From an uncultured delta proteobacterium (GTDB lineage Bacteria > Bdellovibrionota > FAC87 > UBA2466), in contig CAVZSV010000004.1 of assembly GCA_963778115.1 (NCBI GenBank), forward strand, positions 2,560,001-2,624,000: a stretch of 64,000 nt of DNA, read 5' to 3'. The translations under genes were made by a program, and so were the position numbers. The notes beneath the pieces are model-generated. The model saw only the letters and a list, made by a program, of their open reading frames with translations. It was not told the DNA's origin and made no database searches. This document shows, one piece after another, positions 1-9,840 of this stretch (positions are counted from its first letter, which is position 1; the number at the start of each line of letters is the position of its first letter).

Positions 1-531
1 GGCCGATCCGCGATGCTTATCACCTCTTCCAGTGACGTCTTTGATATTTCAAGTAAAGCGCCATTCCGGGTGGCGACTGCTGCCATTCCCACGCGCGATC
101 CCAAAGTCAAAGGGGGAGTGGTTATTGGAGGCAATTCTTTGTGGATCTTGCGAACCAAACCGGAAGAGGAGCAGAGGGCCTCTTACGAGTTTTTAAAATT
201 CATGGCATCAAAAGAGGTTCAAAAAAGATGGCATACGGGAACGGGCTATCTTCCGATTCGCAAAGATGTCATTGCCGAGTTGGATAGCGAGGGCTTTTAC
301 CGTAAATTTCCTGCGGCACGTACGGCCATTACCGAATTGGAACAGTCTGCTGAAATGGACGCGACTTCGGGAGCTCTTATTGGTAATTTTGCCGAAGTAA
401 GAGAGTCCGTGGAATCGGCTATTGAAAAGGTTTTGGCTGGAATGTTGGATGCCAAGACCGCCCTTTCTCAAGCTAAGGATGAAACGGACCGGGCTCTGCT
501 GCGTTATAACCGGGGAGTTGCAGGGCGTTAG
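1..531 (+). CDS. ABC transporter sugar/glycerol-3-phosphate substrate-binding protein (UgpB-like), C-terminal part, truncated by the window edge
   Basis: GGNSLWI, FLKFM and WHTGTGYLP motifs typical of SBP_bac_1/8; lies directly upstream of a glycerophosphodiesterase as in ugp operons. Confidence 0.8.
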   Translation, partial: GRSAMLITSSSDVFDISSKAPFRVATAAIPTRDPKVKGGVVIGGNSLWILRTKPEEEQRASYEFLKFMASKEVQKRWHTGTGYLPIRKDVIAELDSEGFYRKFPAARTAITELEQSAEMDATSGALIGNFAEVRESVESAIEKVLAGMLDAKTALSQAKDETDRALLRYNRGVAGR

Positions 532-536
532 GATGA

Positions 537-1370
537 GTGATGCCAAAACTTTTAAAAAAAACTCATAAGATCTCTATCCATGGTCATCGCGGATCGCGAG
601 GCACCCATCCGGAAAATACGATCCCAGCTTTCGAAGCGGCCGTCCAAGCGGGTTGCGACTATTTTGAACTGGACGTACATCTCACCAAAGACAATGTGGT
701 GGTGGTTTTCCATGACTTTGAGTTAAGCCGCTTGTGCGCGGATGCTCAGGGAAAGAGATTTGCTGGCCCTGTTCCCATTCGACAGCTTACGATGGCGGAG
801 ATTTCGACCTACCACTGCGGGAATTTCTCGCAGCCCAATTTTCCCAAGCAGAAGTTAATTCCCGGAACGAAGATTCCCACGCTAGAAGATGTTTTGGAAT
901 GGGTTACGAAAACGTCGGCTACGATAGGCATCAATATCGAAATCAAACTCTCCAAAGAAGATCCTCTGGCTCCGAACGCCGAAGATTTTGCCAAAAGAGT
1001 CTTAACTCTAATCGAACGTTTTAACGTCCTTCCCAGAACGTTAGTGCAATCGTTCGATTTTCGTCCGTTGGAGTGTTTAAAGCGTCTGCGTCCCGATCTC
1101 TTTCTTTCTTACCTTTTTGAACGGGAACTCGATTTTGCGGATATTGCCTCCGATAGGGGGGCCGGGGTAGCGGCTCCCTTCTTTGGCTTGATTACGCCAG
1201 AGGCAGTTCGTTTTTGTCACTCTCGGGGAATTCAAGTACTTCCTTGGACCGTAAACGAGAAAGCTGATTGGAAAAGCATGATAGCCATGGGAGTGGACGG
1301 GATTATCACGGATTACCCACGAGACCTTATCGCAAGCGGTCTAGTTACGAAAGAGAATCACAATGACTGA
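537..1370 (+). CDS. glycerophosphodiester phosphodiesterase (UgpQ/GlpQ family)
   Basis: HGHRG, PENTIPAF, ELDVHLTKD, HD, NIEIK, WTVN and GVDGIITDYP motifs of the GDPD family. Confidence 0.93.
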   Translation: MMPKLLKKTHKISIHGHRGSRGTHPENTIPAFEAAVQAGCDYFELDVHLTKDNVVVVFHDFELSRLCADAQGKRFAGPVPIRQLTMAEISTYHCGNFSQPNFPKQKLIPGTKIPTLEDVLEWVTKTSATIGINIEIKLSKEDPLAPNAEDFAKRVLTLIERFNVLPRTLVQSFDFRPLECLKRLRPDLFLSYLFERELDFADIASDRGAGVAAPFFGLITPEAVRFCHSRGIQVLPWTVNEKADWKSMIAMGVDGIITDYPRDLIASGLVTKENHND

Positions 1371-1911
1371 TAGCAGATCTGAAAGAGGAAAAGCTGGGGG
1401 GAGTATCAGCTGGGATGAATATTTTATGCTGCAGGCGATGCTGGCCAGCTACAAAAGCAAAGATCCCAACACGAAAGTCGGCTGCGTTTTTGTCGACAAG
1501 AATAATCACCAAATTACAATGGGCTACAACGGGAATGTCGCCGGCATTGACGAGTCCCAGGTGCCGTGGGGGAATGACAGGTCTGCCCCACTCGAAAAAC
1601 AAAAGTATGGATATGTGATCCATAGTGAAGCCAATGCCATTACTCACCGCAACGCGAGCCTCGAAGGGGCGAGGGGTTACGTTACGCTATTTCCGTGCAA
1701 TGAATGCGCAAAACTGATTGCGAGCCAGAGGGTTTCTGAGGTCATCTACCTTTCGGATAAATACGCCGATTCTCCTGAAGTGAAAATCGCTAAACATATA
1801 TTCGATCTTTCGGGAGTGAAGTATCGGAAACTTCCGCTTTCGCAAGATCTGATTCACGGTCTCCAAGACTATCTTCTCTCGCTCTTAAGAACCTGTAGCC
1901 AATCAATTTGA
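1363..1911 (+). CDS. dCMP deaminase (ComEB-like)
   Basis: WDEYFM, SKDPNTKVG, GYNG, HSEANAI and PCNEC zinc-binding motifs. Confidence 0.93.
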   Translation: MTDSRSERGKAGGSISWDEYFMLQAMLASYKSKDPNTKVGCVFVDKNNHQITMGYNGNVAGIDESQVPWGNDRSAPLEKQKYGYVIHSEANAITHRNASLEGARGYVTLFPCNECAKLIASQRVSEVIYLSDKYADSPEVKIAKHIFDLSGVKYRKLPLSQDLIHGLQDYLLSLLRTCSQSI

Positions 1912-1998
1912 ACGCTGGACTCCCCCCGCCTGAATTTTTTTAAATTTTGTTACTTGGTTCTTGCTAAGCGCTTCTCGGTGAGTATTCTCTAGCCTATT

Positions 1999-2156
1999 AA
2001 GAATTTTGTATTGAACGTCTTTTACGGAATTCTGTAGTGCGGCAAAGTCTTACGGGCCGACGAGGCTCCTTTAGAGTGCTAGCACGCGGGACATGAAGTT
2101 CAGCTAGACACGCATCTTGAAATAGCAGCACCGGCCGATTCAAAATAAATCTTCAT
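1999..2156 (+). ncRNA. putative structured non-coding RNA or leader, family not assigned
   Basis: Intergenic. 5' AAGAATTTTGTATTGAA can pair imperfectly with 3' TTCAAAATAAATCTT; inner stems GTGCGGC/GCAGCAC and GTGCTAGC/GCTAG(A)CAC. Sigma70-like TTGCTA-N16-TATTCT upstream and a terminator downstream. Confidence 0.4.
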
Positions 2157-2157
2157 G

Positions 2158-2194
2158 AAAGAGTGGCCTCGCCTTACCGCGGGGCCACTCTTTT
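2158..2194 (+). terminator. intrinsic terminator
   Basis: AAAGAGTGGCCTCGC-loop-GCGGGGCCACTCTTTT hairpin followed by a T tract. Confidence 0.8.
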
Positions 2195-2264
2195 ACTGTT
2201 TCCCGTTTAATGATAATAGACATGGTTTGGTTTGCGATCGCACGTTAAATAGCGGAGTAATGGA

Positions 2265-3398
2265 GTGCGTTGGGGATTTGTCATTTCTGGCCTGCTGGTT
2301 CTCGTCATCGAGGCGTTCTTCGACAACGTCCGAGGCCCTTTAATTCCCGTCTTTACCCAGACCCTCAACATCGACTACTCGAAAGCTAGCCTTTTTGTAG
2401 TGTGGGGATGCTTCCTAGCGGTCTTTTTTACGCTTTTGCTTCTTCCTTTGATGGCGAAATACCCACTGCGCAAGATTTCTCTATCTCTTTGCGCTCTTTC
2501 CGCAATCGCCGTGGGTTTTAGTTTCTTGGTGAGAGGATTTCTTACCCTCAACTTTTTTGCGGTAATCGTCGGTGCTGTCGTAGCACTAATGGGAGTGCTG
2601 TGTAATATCCTGGTCGTTGAAGGTACCGATCTGCACCACCGCTCTCGTGCCATGTGTATGCTCCATATGATGTATGGATTTGGTTCGCTCGTGGCACCTT
2701 TGGTAGTCCGCTTCTTCCTCGAAAGAGGAATAAACTGGCCGTGGGTTTTTGTGGCGATTCTTCCCGTCATTATTTTAACTTCCATCCTCCTTAGAGTTTC
2801 TTTGCCGGCTCAAGAAAAAGATCGCGTGCAAGTTTCGCTTTCCGCCCATCTGACTGCCCTGCAATGGATGATAGTCGTTACCTTTTCGATCTATGTCTCG
2901 GGAGAGGTGATGACCTCGATGTGGATGGTGACTTATCTCGTAGAGAGCCAAAGTCTCAGTGTGGCTCAGGCGGCCCCGTACCTCAGTGGCTTTTTTCTGG
3001 TAATGGCGCTCAGTCGTGGTCTTTGTTTCTTGTCGTTGCGTCCCTCATTAGAGGGAATCGTTTTGGGCTTAAGTTTAGTGTTGGCGCTCTTCTTTTTCAT
3101 ACTGGGACGATCGGGGCATCTATGGGCGTTTCCTTTAGTAGGTCTGTTAGGTCCTTACTTTCCCCTGTATCTTTCTCGCATTAGTCGTAGTTTTCCGGAA
3201 GAGGCGCATCGACTTACGGTTTGGATTCTAAGTGCGATGCAATTGGCGCTGGGTCTGTTTCACCTCTTTGTGGGAAAACTCACCGACAAACTGGGAGTTC
3301 ACGTTGCTTATTGGTTACCTCCCGTTCTGTTCGTAGCAGCCCTCGGTCTGTTGTTACTATTCTTCAGGGCGGAGCGTCGACGAGTAGTGATGAGCTAG
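2265..3398 (+). CDS. MFS transporter
   Basis: About 12 hydrophobic segments; GPLIP, LHMMYGFGSLVAP and GKLTDKLG motifs; RBS GGAG before a GTG start. Confidence 0.85.
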   Translation: MRWGFVISGLLVLVIEAFFDNVRGPLIPVFTQTLNIDYSKASLFVVWGCFLAVFFTLLLLPLMAKYPLRKISLSLCALSAIAVGFSFLVRGFLTLNFFAVIVGAVVALMGVLCNILVVEGTDLHHRSRAMCMLHMMYGFGSLVAPLVVRFFLERGINWPWVFVAILPVIILTSILLRVSLPAQEKDRVQVSLSAHLTALQWMIVVTFSIYVSGEVMTSMWMVTYLVESQSLSVAQAAPYLSGFFLVMALSRGLCFLSLRPSLEGIVLGLSLVLALFFFILGRSGHLWAFPLVGLLGPYFPLYLSRISRSFPEEAHRLTVWILSAMQLALGLFHLFVGKLTDKLGVHVAYWLPPVLFVAALGLLLLFFRAERRRVVMS

Positions 3399-3433
3399 AT
3401 TTAGCGATCTTGAAATTTTTCTTCTCTGAAAGT

Positions 3434-4366
3434 GTGGTTGTGGGTTGCCAATGGAGGGTTCGCGGGGCACTCTCTATTAGGGGATACATTTTACAATCTG
3501 AAACTACACAAAGGCACCTTCTGAAGAAACGACTTCAGTTCGAAAATATTTTTTGGCTTTCGTTTATTCACCTAGGGGCGCTGATCGCGATTCCGTTTTT
3601 CTCTTGGTCTGCATTAGGCGTTTGTCTTCTACTGCTATTCACCATCTCGCCTATCGGGATTAACATGACGTACCACCGGCTCTTGACCCATCGGGGTTTT
3701 GTGGTGCCACAGTGGTTTGAGTATGTCCTAGCAACGATTGCCGCTACTTCGGGACAAGGGCCTATGCTTCTTTGGGTGGCGGAACATCGTTTACACCATC
3801 GTTATTCGGATGGACCTTTGGATCCCCATAGTCCCGCGAACGGAGGATTTTTTCATGCCCATATAGGCCATCTCTTTTATCACAAAGAATTTGAAGATGA
3901 GCCTGAGGTGTGGATGAAGTACGTCCCTGATCTGGCATCTCACCGCTACTACCTATTTTTGAGCAAGTACGCGGGACTCTTTGTCGCGGCCCCTGCCATT
4001 CCTCTCTACCTCTGCGGGGGAATTTCGTTTGTATTGTGGGGAATTTTTGTTCGCATTGTTTTGATGTGGCATGTGACCTGGTCGGTGAATTCGGTCTGTC
4101 ATATGTTTGGTTACCGGACTTTCGATACCAAAGATACCTCGCGGAATAATTGGGTCGTGGGGTGGTTTGGCGCAGGGGAAGGGTGGCACAATAACCACCA
4201 TTCAGCCCCTCAATGCGCTTCTCATGGTCGCACGCGCTGGGAATTTGATCTTACCTATTTGATTATTCGGGCTTTGAAAGCGTTAGGACTCGCGTCCGAT
4301 GTGAAAGCTCCTGAAAAGCCGTCGCTAATCGATCTGAGTCTCAAACCTATTCTTCCTGTGACCTGA
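3434..4366 (+). CDS. acyl-CoA/acyl-lipid delta-9-type fatty acid desaturase (start uncertain)
   Basis: His boxes YHRLLTH, HRLHH and WHNNHH plus NSVCH. Confidence 0.9.
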   Translation: MVVGCQWRVRGALSIRGYILQSETTQRHLLKKRLQFENIFWLSFIHLGALIAIPFFSWSALGVCLLLLFTISPIGINMTYHRLLTHRGFVVPQWFEYVLATIAATSGQGPMLLWVAEHRLHHRYSDGPLDPHSPANGGFFHAHIGHLFYHKEFEDEPEVWMKYVPDLASHRYYLFLSKYAGLFVAAPAIPLYLCGGISFVLWGIFVRIVLMWHVTWSVNSVCHMFGYRTFDTKDTSRNNWVVGWFGAGEGWHNNHHSAPQCASHGRTRWEFDLTYLIIRALKALGLASDVKAPEKPSLIDLSLKPILPVT

Positions 4367-4368
4367 AA

Positions 4369-5196
4369 TTAATTGTTGGAGGAGAGCTGGTTATTCATTT
4401 GGATCGTAAAGGGGGCTTGTCTTACATTTCCCCGTTGAACCTCGGTCAGAGTCTGCAGGCGGGCTTGGTATTCCCAGGCGTTCTTGGTCTTAGCGAGAGA
4501 CTGCTTAAGTAACCCTTCACATTCTGGTCCATTGCCCATTCGGCATTGCGCGTAGGCCTGAAAGTACGGGACAGCGGGGCTATTGGGATAGGCACGGCCC
4601 GTCTGCTCCACTTGATCGGCGATGTCTTGCCAGCTCTGTTTTGCTTTTACGCTTTCCAGAACCGCAAAGCCTAATCTCAAATCGGTAAGCTGAGGATCTT
4701 CCTGACGGTCCGAGTGGCTGACTTCGTCGGCGTGTGCGAGAGAGGCTTGCACCTTTTCCTGTTCTTCCGGAGTCATCGCACCGTGTTTGGGATCGGTAAG
4801 ATGAAGAAATTGGGAAATGACTTGAGCCTTTGCCGCGGAATAAGAGTTAGGATCGGCTGCGGCTAATTTTTCTGCCACCGCTTGAGTGCGAGGGCTTCCC
4901 GCGTCGTATTCGAATCCGGCTTTGAGCTGCTCCGCTAAGACTTTGGGATCGGTCGCGGTAATTGCTGCTAGGGCAACCGTTAAACGAGATTCCCGTTTCT
5001 GCTCGATTACTGTGGGGATCGAAGTCTTTTTATTCGAGGATTTAGCAACCGGGATTCCGGTGGTAGGAGTCTCCACTTTTTCCCATTCGGTAGGAACTAA
5101 TTCTGCTTCGAGACGGGCCCTGCGAGAATAGGTGTGCCAAAACGTTCCACCTACTATCGCAAGGCCCAACACGAAAAATGTAATTCGGATTTTCAT
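4369..5196 (-). CDS. hypothetical membrane-anchored helical (TPR-like) protein
   Basis: N-terminal TM helix; YFQAYAQC..ECEGLLKQSL helix pair; start overlaps the stop of the upstream Gly-rich gene (TAATG). Confidence 0.6.
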   Translation of the reverse strand: MKIRITFFVLGLAIVGGTFWHTYSRRARLEAELVPTEWEKVETPTTGIPVAKSSNKKTSIPTVIEQKRESRLTVALAAITATDPKVLAEQLKAGFEYDAGSPRTQAVAEKLAAADPNSYSAAKAQVISQFLHLTDPKHGAMTPEEQEKVQASLAHADEVSHSDRQEDPQLTDLRLGFAVLESVKAKQSWQDIADQVEQTGRAYPNSPAVPYFQAYAQCRMGNGPECEGLLKQSLAKTKNAWEYQARLQTLTEVQRGNVRQAPFTIQMNNQLSSNN

Positions 5197-5987
5197 TAGG
5201 GCATGTTTACCTGGCCGGCAAAGTTACCATTGCCGGGGCCCTGTGTTCCAAAATTGGGAACGCTGTAATAAGGGTTGTTGATGAAATAGGGATGGCCAGA
5301 GGAGGTTTGCATGTACGCACCCTGACCGTTATTCATCATTCCATTACCATTCATTGGTCCGTTCATACCGTTTCCGTTCATAGGGCCATTCATTCCTGCG
5401 CCCATTTGACCTTGTCCGTAGGGCATTCCATTCGGCACGCCATTGTAACCGTTGTTGATCATGACTTGAGGATAATGGCCACCCATTCCGCCGCCGTATG
5501 CTCCACCGGGTCCGCCCATTCCGCCGCCGTATGGTCCACCCATGCCGCCGCCGTACTGTCCAGGGCCGTATTGTCCGCCACCATATTGTCCATTACCGCC
5601 TGCAACTACGGCACCGCCAGCAACCATGCCAGCGCCGCCGCCACCATATTGTCCATTACCCCCTGCAACTACAGCACCGCCAGCAACCATGCCAGCGCCG
5701 TATTGTCCGGCACCATATTGTCCCCCGCCGTATTGTCCGCCGGGTCCGCCCATACCGCCGCCGTATTGACCTCCGCCGTATTGTCCGCCGGGTCCGCCCA
5801 TACCGCCGCCGTATTGTCCGCCGCCGTATCCACCCATACCGCCGCCGTATTGTCCGCCGCCGTATCCACCCATACCGCCGCCGTACTGGCCACCACCGCC
5901 ATTACCGTACGGCATTTGGCTTGGATCGCACGCCATGGAAAGCGGAACAAAAAATGTCACCAGAGCTAAAAGAAGATACTTACCCAT
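5196..5987 (-). CDS. Gly/Gln/Tyr-rich low-complexity secreted protein or lipoprotein
   Basis: Signal peptide ending LSMAC; many GGQY/GGGMGG repeats; RBS-like AAGGGA upstream. Confidence 0.75.
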   Translation of the reverse strand: MGKYLLLALVTFFVPLSMACDPSQMPYGNGGGGQYGGGMGGYGGGQYGGGMGGYGGGQYGGGMGGPGGQYGGGQYGGGMGGPGGQYGGGQYGAGQYGAGMVAGGAVVAGGNGQYGGGGAGMVAGGAVVAGGNGQYGGGQYGPGQYGGGMGGPYGGGMGGPGGAYGGGMGGHYPQVMINNGYNGVPNGMPYGQGQMGAGMNGPMNGNGMNGPMNGNGMMNNGQGAYMQTSSGHPYFINNPYYSVPNFGTQGPGNGNFAGQVNMP

Positions 5988-6557
5988 TGAAATCCCTTTC
6001 CCATATTTCTAATGCCCGGTCGTGAAGGACTCCTCCACTGACCTTAATCTTTTTGTGAGGTTCGTCTTTGTAGCAGGAATGAAAATCTCGTCAATACCCC
6101 TTGTGGATAATGGAGCGCTTCCGACAAGTTAGAAAAAAAATAGTTGGGTGACAATTTTTGTCACGGAAAAAAGGTACTTAGACGACGATGCGCAATGGTG
6201 AGTCATATATCCTGATGGCTCGAAAGCTACTATTAGTAACGTGTCTGTTTTTCTATGTCGTAACATTTGTGATGCTTCGCCTCGGATTTGCTCCTTTAGA
6301 AACGAAATTATTCCGATTACGCCGAAGAATGCGAATACCATCATCATCCGCTTCATAAGCACCTCGAATTAAGCCTAACAGACGCAAGTCTTGTTTCACT
6401 TTGGAGAGACCTTTTCGGATGCTCGGACGTCGTTTTTCTGTTTAATTACTGGTCGTATTCCTCCATGCGACGGGAATTGCACAGCGCTTTCCACAAAATC
6501 AAGTTCGCCCATATTGGATAAGCATTCTCGGCGAGTTAAACACCCCTGTTTGGATTC

Positions 6558-7433
6558 TTGGAGAGCTCAGTGCTTCGTGATTTGGTATTTGGTTTGCAGA
6601 ATAAACAGAGTATGAAACTCAGTTGGGTCGCCGCAAACTTCCTAAACGTGAGTGTTGCTCTTGCAACGAGCCATCAGGCGATTGTTCGAGAACAACCTCG
6701 AGAAGACCTCTATCTGACGACTTCTCCGGTTAGTTTAGAGGAGACGGATGGGGACGATGACGGTTCAGGAAAGGGAGGGCAGAAGCGAAGCGGCTTAACC
6801 TCCCTCTTACCCAGGGGCGACGACGACAAAAGGGAAATCACTTATGTGGTTTATAGCAAAGCAAACAAGCCACCTGCTGAAATCGTAACAGAGACTTTGA
6901 AAGAGCAGGGCAACTCGATGATTTTCTCAGTAAGTCCCATGACCGAGGAGAATTTCAAAAAGGTGATACAGCATTCTCGACAGACCATTTTGGATAAGAT
7001 GATGAGATATCCCGAAAAAATCTCTGTTGTGATCGTCTCTCCCGAGGAGAGTGCGGAAGAGACCCTTCGATCCGATGAATCCCCTTGGCCATTCACTTCC
7101 CTTAAGGATCGTGAGAACGAGATGCTAGCGACCTTTCGCTACCGTATTCCCAGGCCGGAATGGAGTTTCTTAGTGGACCTTTCTTCTAGCTCGAGATGCA
7201 AGCTACCGGTCCGGGAAAACGGCGGGATCTCCGAGGCACTTCTGAGCTGGAGCCGCTTTGACCTGCGAAGTGCCACCGCATCGCTTCGAGATTGGAAATT
7301 GCCTCCTCCTCCCGAGAGGGATCTCTCGGAGTTTAGACAGCCAACCTCGGTTTATCGCTGTACTACACTGCCAGTTCCCCCCCTTACCCCTTTCGGACCT
7401 CTCTCCCCTTCATTGGGGGGCGCTTCGTTCTAG
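6558..7433 (+). CDS. hypothetical protein (start probably ATG 6612)
   Basis: Long ORF with a signal-like N-terminus; no recognisable motif. Confidence 0.45.
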   Translation: MESSVLRDLVFGLQNKQSMKLSWVAANFLNVSVALATSHQAIVREQPREDLYLTTSPVSLEETDGDDDGSGKGGQKRSGLTSLLPRGDDDKREITYVVYSKANKPPAEIVTETLKEQGNSMIFSVSPMTEENFKKVIQHSRQTILDKMMRYPEKISVVIVSPEESAEETLRSDESPWPFTSLKDRENEMLATFRYRIPRPEWSFLVDLSSSSRCKLPVRENGGISEALLSWSRFDLRSATASLRDWKLPPPPERDLSEFRQPTSVYRCTTLPVPPLTPFGPLSPSLGGASF

Positions 7434-7534
7434 CCTTTATTGACTCGGTCGGTCGGGTGACAATTTCCCCACAATTGCAGCACAGTTTTCGCAAGAAGCT
7501 TTGCTACGCTCCTGGTGGGGGGATCTGTAAAAAA

Positions 7535-8513
7535 ATGGGCAAAGTAACCGCCAGGAAAGTCTCTCGTCTCGCTTTGCTTAAGGTATCTCACCAAATCCGA
7601 AAACTACTTTGTTGTCCCCTCGATAAATCCACGCTGGAAGGTTGGGAGGGAAATGAACTAGGCTGCAAGCGTGGACATCGCTATCCCATCGTGCAGGGAG
7701 TTCCTGTCTTTACGGTCGAAGGGGGCAAGAAGGGCTTCTGGGGAATGGAGTGGGATAAGAGTTTACGTTCCGATGGAGTCGATCCCTTCGTCGCTCAAGT
7801 CATTGGGGCTACCGGTGGTTTTCTCTATAAGCCATTGATTGGAAGCCTCCCGCGCTATCCTATCCCCGAATTTCGGTTTCAATCGCAGGCAAAAGAGCTG
7901 CTACTTGATATCGGTTGCAACTGGGGCCGATGGACCATGGCCGCCACGAAAGCTGGCTTCACTGCCATTGGCGTTGATCCTCATCTAGATGCCATTTTAG
8001 CTGCCTACCGAGTAGCGGAGCAGCTGGGCATTCGCGCAGACTTTGTCGTCGCTGATGCCAGGTATCTTCCGTTTAAGAAGCAGACGCTGGATCGCGTCTT
8101 TTCCTACAGTGTTCTTCAACATTTTGCGAAAGACGATTCTAGAACTTACCCTTGTCGAAATCCAGCGCTGTCTTAAAAGTGGCGGAAGATCTGATATTCA
8201 AATGGCAAACGGGATTGGATTACGATCCTTTTATCACCAAGTAAGACGCGGCCTCAGGCCCGCCAAAGATTTTGAAGTTCGTTACTGGACTCCGGGAGAG
8301 TTAAAGCACTTGTTCACAACTCTCATCGGAGAAACTCACTTATCTGTCGATGGCTTCTTCTCGGTAAATCTTCAAGCGACCGATCTTGACTTGATGCCCT
8401 TTAAGGTTAAGGGCGCTGTCATGGTTTCCCGTTGGTTGAGCCGGTTATCCAGAGCCTTCCCATGGCTGGTGAACGTGGCAGACAGTGTGTACGTTAGCTC
8501 AAGAAAATTATAA
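7535..8513 (+). pseudogene. class I SAM methyltransferase with N-terminal Trm112-like zinc ribbon, split by a +1 frameshift near 8137 (possibly a sequencing error)
   Basis: CCPLD..CKRGHRYPIVQGVP, LLDIGCNWGRW and ADARYLPF motifs; removing one T at 8137/8138 joins QHFAKDD to LELTLVEIQRCLKSGG. Confidence 0.8.
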
Positions 8514-8518
8514 ACGAT

Positions 8519-9661
8519 TCACCACAAGTCCCGTCTATGGCCTTCCTTCAATAGGAACTGGGCCTCTGCCTTTGCTCCTGAAGGAGAGAGATGGCAACAA
8601 TCATCAAGATACTTTTCCTGTCTGCCGATTTCGTCAAAATGTTTGAGAATATCGAAAAAATATACCCCCTTATTAGCTTCGGCGAATTTACGGAGTACTT
8701 CGTTAAATCGACGAATGAGAAATAGATGCCTTGCATAAAAGACGGAGCCTTCTATTTCCTCTTCGCGAAAAGTAGGATTAATGGGCAATAGGATTAGAGG
8801 GATCTTTCCCTTGAGATTTTTTTTAAAAAACTCATTAAGTACAGCGGTGTTCTCGGAGTCGAAATATTGAAGCGCATCTTGATCATCCAGTTTAAGTGCG
8901 GTCATAGGATGCCTAGCGGAAAGAGTATAAAAAGTATCGAGGAGAGTTGATCCTATCGCAGAGTACTTTGCCCAAGGACGGATACGCGAATACCATTTTA
9001 TGGCAAAGCGAAAATTACTCTGGTTGGTCCAATTGTAGTGCCGATTCCAACTCCTTCCAAATTCGTCGAATTGATCCACGGGGTCATAAACTTGGATGAT
9101 AACGACGGATATGGGGAATTTGTTTGCTACTTCTATTTCGTATCGGCGAACGGCCTGAAAAAGAGAATATGACGGAATTGCCGCATTAATGACTCCAGGA
9201 GCATTCGGCCCTTTCTCTTTTCTCAGGGAGTCGAAAAAAAAGGAGGGCACATTATTCTCGCCTGGCATCCCCCAACCAAAAGGGACGGAATCTCCCAGAA
9301 AAACTATATTGCCCTTATCTTTGAAATAGAGATTCGTTCCCGAACGAAAACCATTCTTATCTGTTTGAATGGACCACCGTTGGTTTCGATACCTATAGTC
9401 AATTTCTGGCTTCTTGAAGCTTTCCGGGATTATGGAATCAAATTCATTCTTGTAATTAGCTCTATTGGTAACGATCCTGTCATCGTTTACTGTTCTGCAG
9501 AAATCTCGAACCTGAAAGTTGAGAACCCTTCCGCCGACTTGCCAAGAAAATTGACCTTCAAATAGCTTGTAGAATCCTTGGCCGACGACTTCGACAAAGA
9601 ACAACGAAAAAACAAAAATCAGGCCTCCATAGATAACCCCAGGCGCTCTCGATTCAGCCAA
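8519..9661 (-). CDS. SGNH/GDSL hydrolase-like protein with N-terminal TM
   Basis: FLGDSVPFG block I, INAAIPSYS block II, DCCHLSPSG block V; AT-richer than its neighbours. Confidence 0.8.
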   Translation of the reverse strand: MAESRAPGVIYGGLIFVFSLFFVEVVGQGFYKLFEGQFSWQVGGRVLNFQVRDFCRTVNDDRIVTNRANYKNEFDSIIPESFKKPEIDYRYRNQRWSIQTDKNGFRSGTNLYFKDKGNIVFLGDSVPFGWGMPGENNVPSFFFDSLRKEKGPNAPGVINAAIPSYSLFQAVRRYEIEVANKFPISVVIIQVYDPVDQFDEFGRSWNRHYNWTNQSNFRFAIKWYSRIRPWAKYSAIGSTLLDTFYTLSARHPMTALKLDDQDALQYFDSENTAVLNEFFKKNLKGKIPLILLPINPTFREEEIEGSVFYARHLFLIRRFNEVLRKFAEANKGVYFFDILKHFDEIGRQEKYLDDCCHLSPSGAKAEAQFLLKEGHRRDLW

Positions 9662-9840
9662 AATTTTCTATAAAAATCTAAGTGCTCGGGACCAGAATCG
9701 GACATTTTCAATTCAGTTCGATTCAGCCAAAATTTTCTATAAAAATCTAAGTGCTCGGGACCAGAATCGGACATTTTCAATTCAGTTCGATTCAGCCAAA
9801 TTTTCTATAAAAATCTAAGTGCTCGCGGCCAGAATCGAAC
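9649..9840. repeat. 69-bp tandem repeat (two identical copies plus a third merging into the tRNA-Leu 3' end)
   Basis: Units start at 9649, 9718 and 9787; each carries AAGTGCTCGGGACCAGAATCGGAC, a variant of the tRNA 3' end AAGTGCTCGCGGCCAGAATCGAAC. Confidence 0.92.

Noticed and set aside
2030..2140. glmS ribozyme or c-di-GMP-I riboswitch (GACGAGG and GGCAAA words)
   Set aside because: Other required conserved segments (AGCGCC and AUCG..GCGG; GNRA stem and GACGCAAA) are missing
3221..3433. N-terminal extension of the desaturase ORF
   Set aside because: Overlaps the MFS gene by about 180 nt and lacks desaturase-like sequence; the true start is downstream and uncertain
5292..6025. Several long overlapping ORFs over the Gly-rich gene
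   Set aside because: Shadow frames of the GGC-rich repeats; only 5196-5987 has an RBS and a signal peptide
8130..8145. Programmed ribosomal frameshifting at this and the other split genes
   Set aside because: No slippery heptamer or evident stimulatory structure at the inferred sites
9649..9840. Possible CRISPR array
   Set aside because: The units are identical over their full length with no unique spacers, derive from the tRNA 3' end, and no cas genes are in the window
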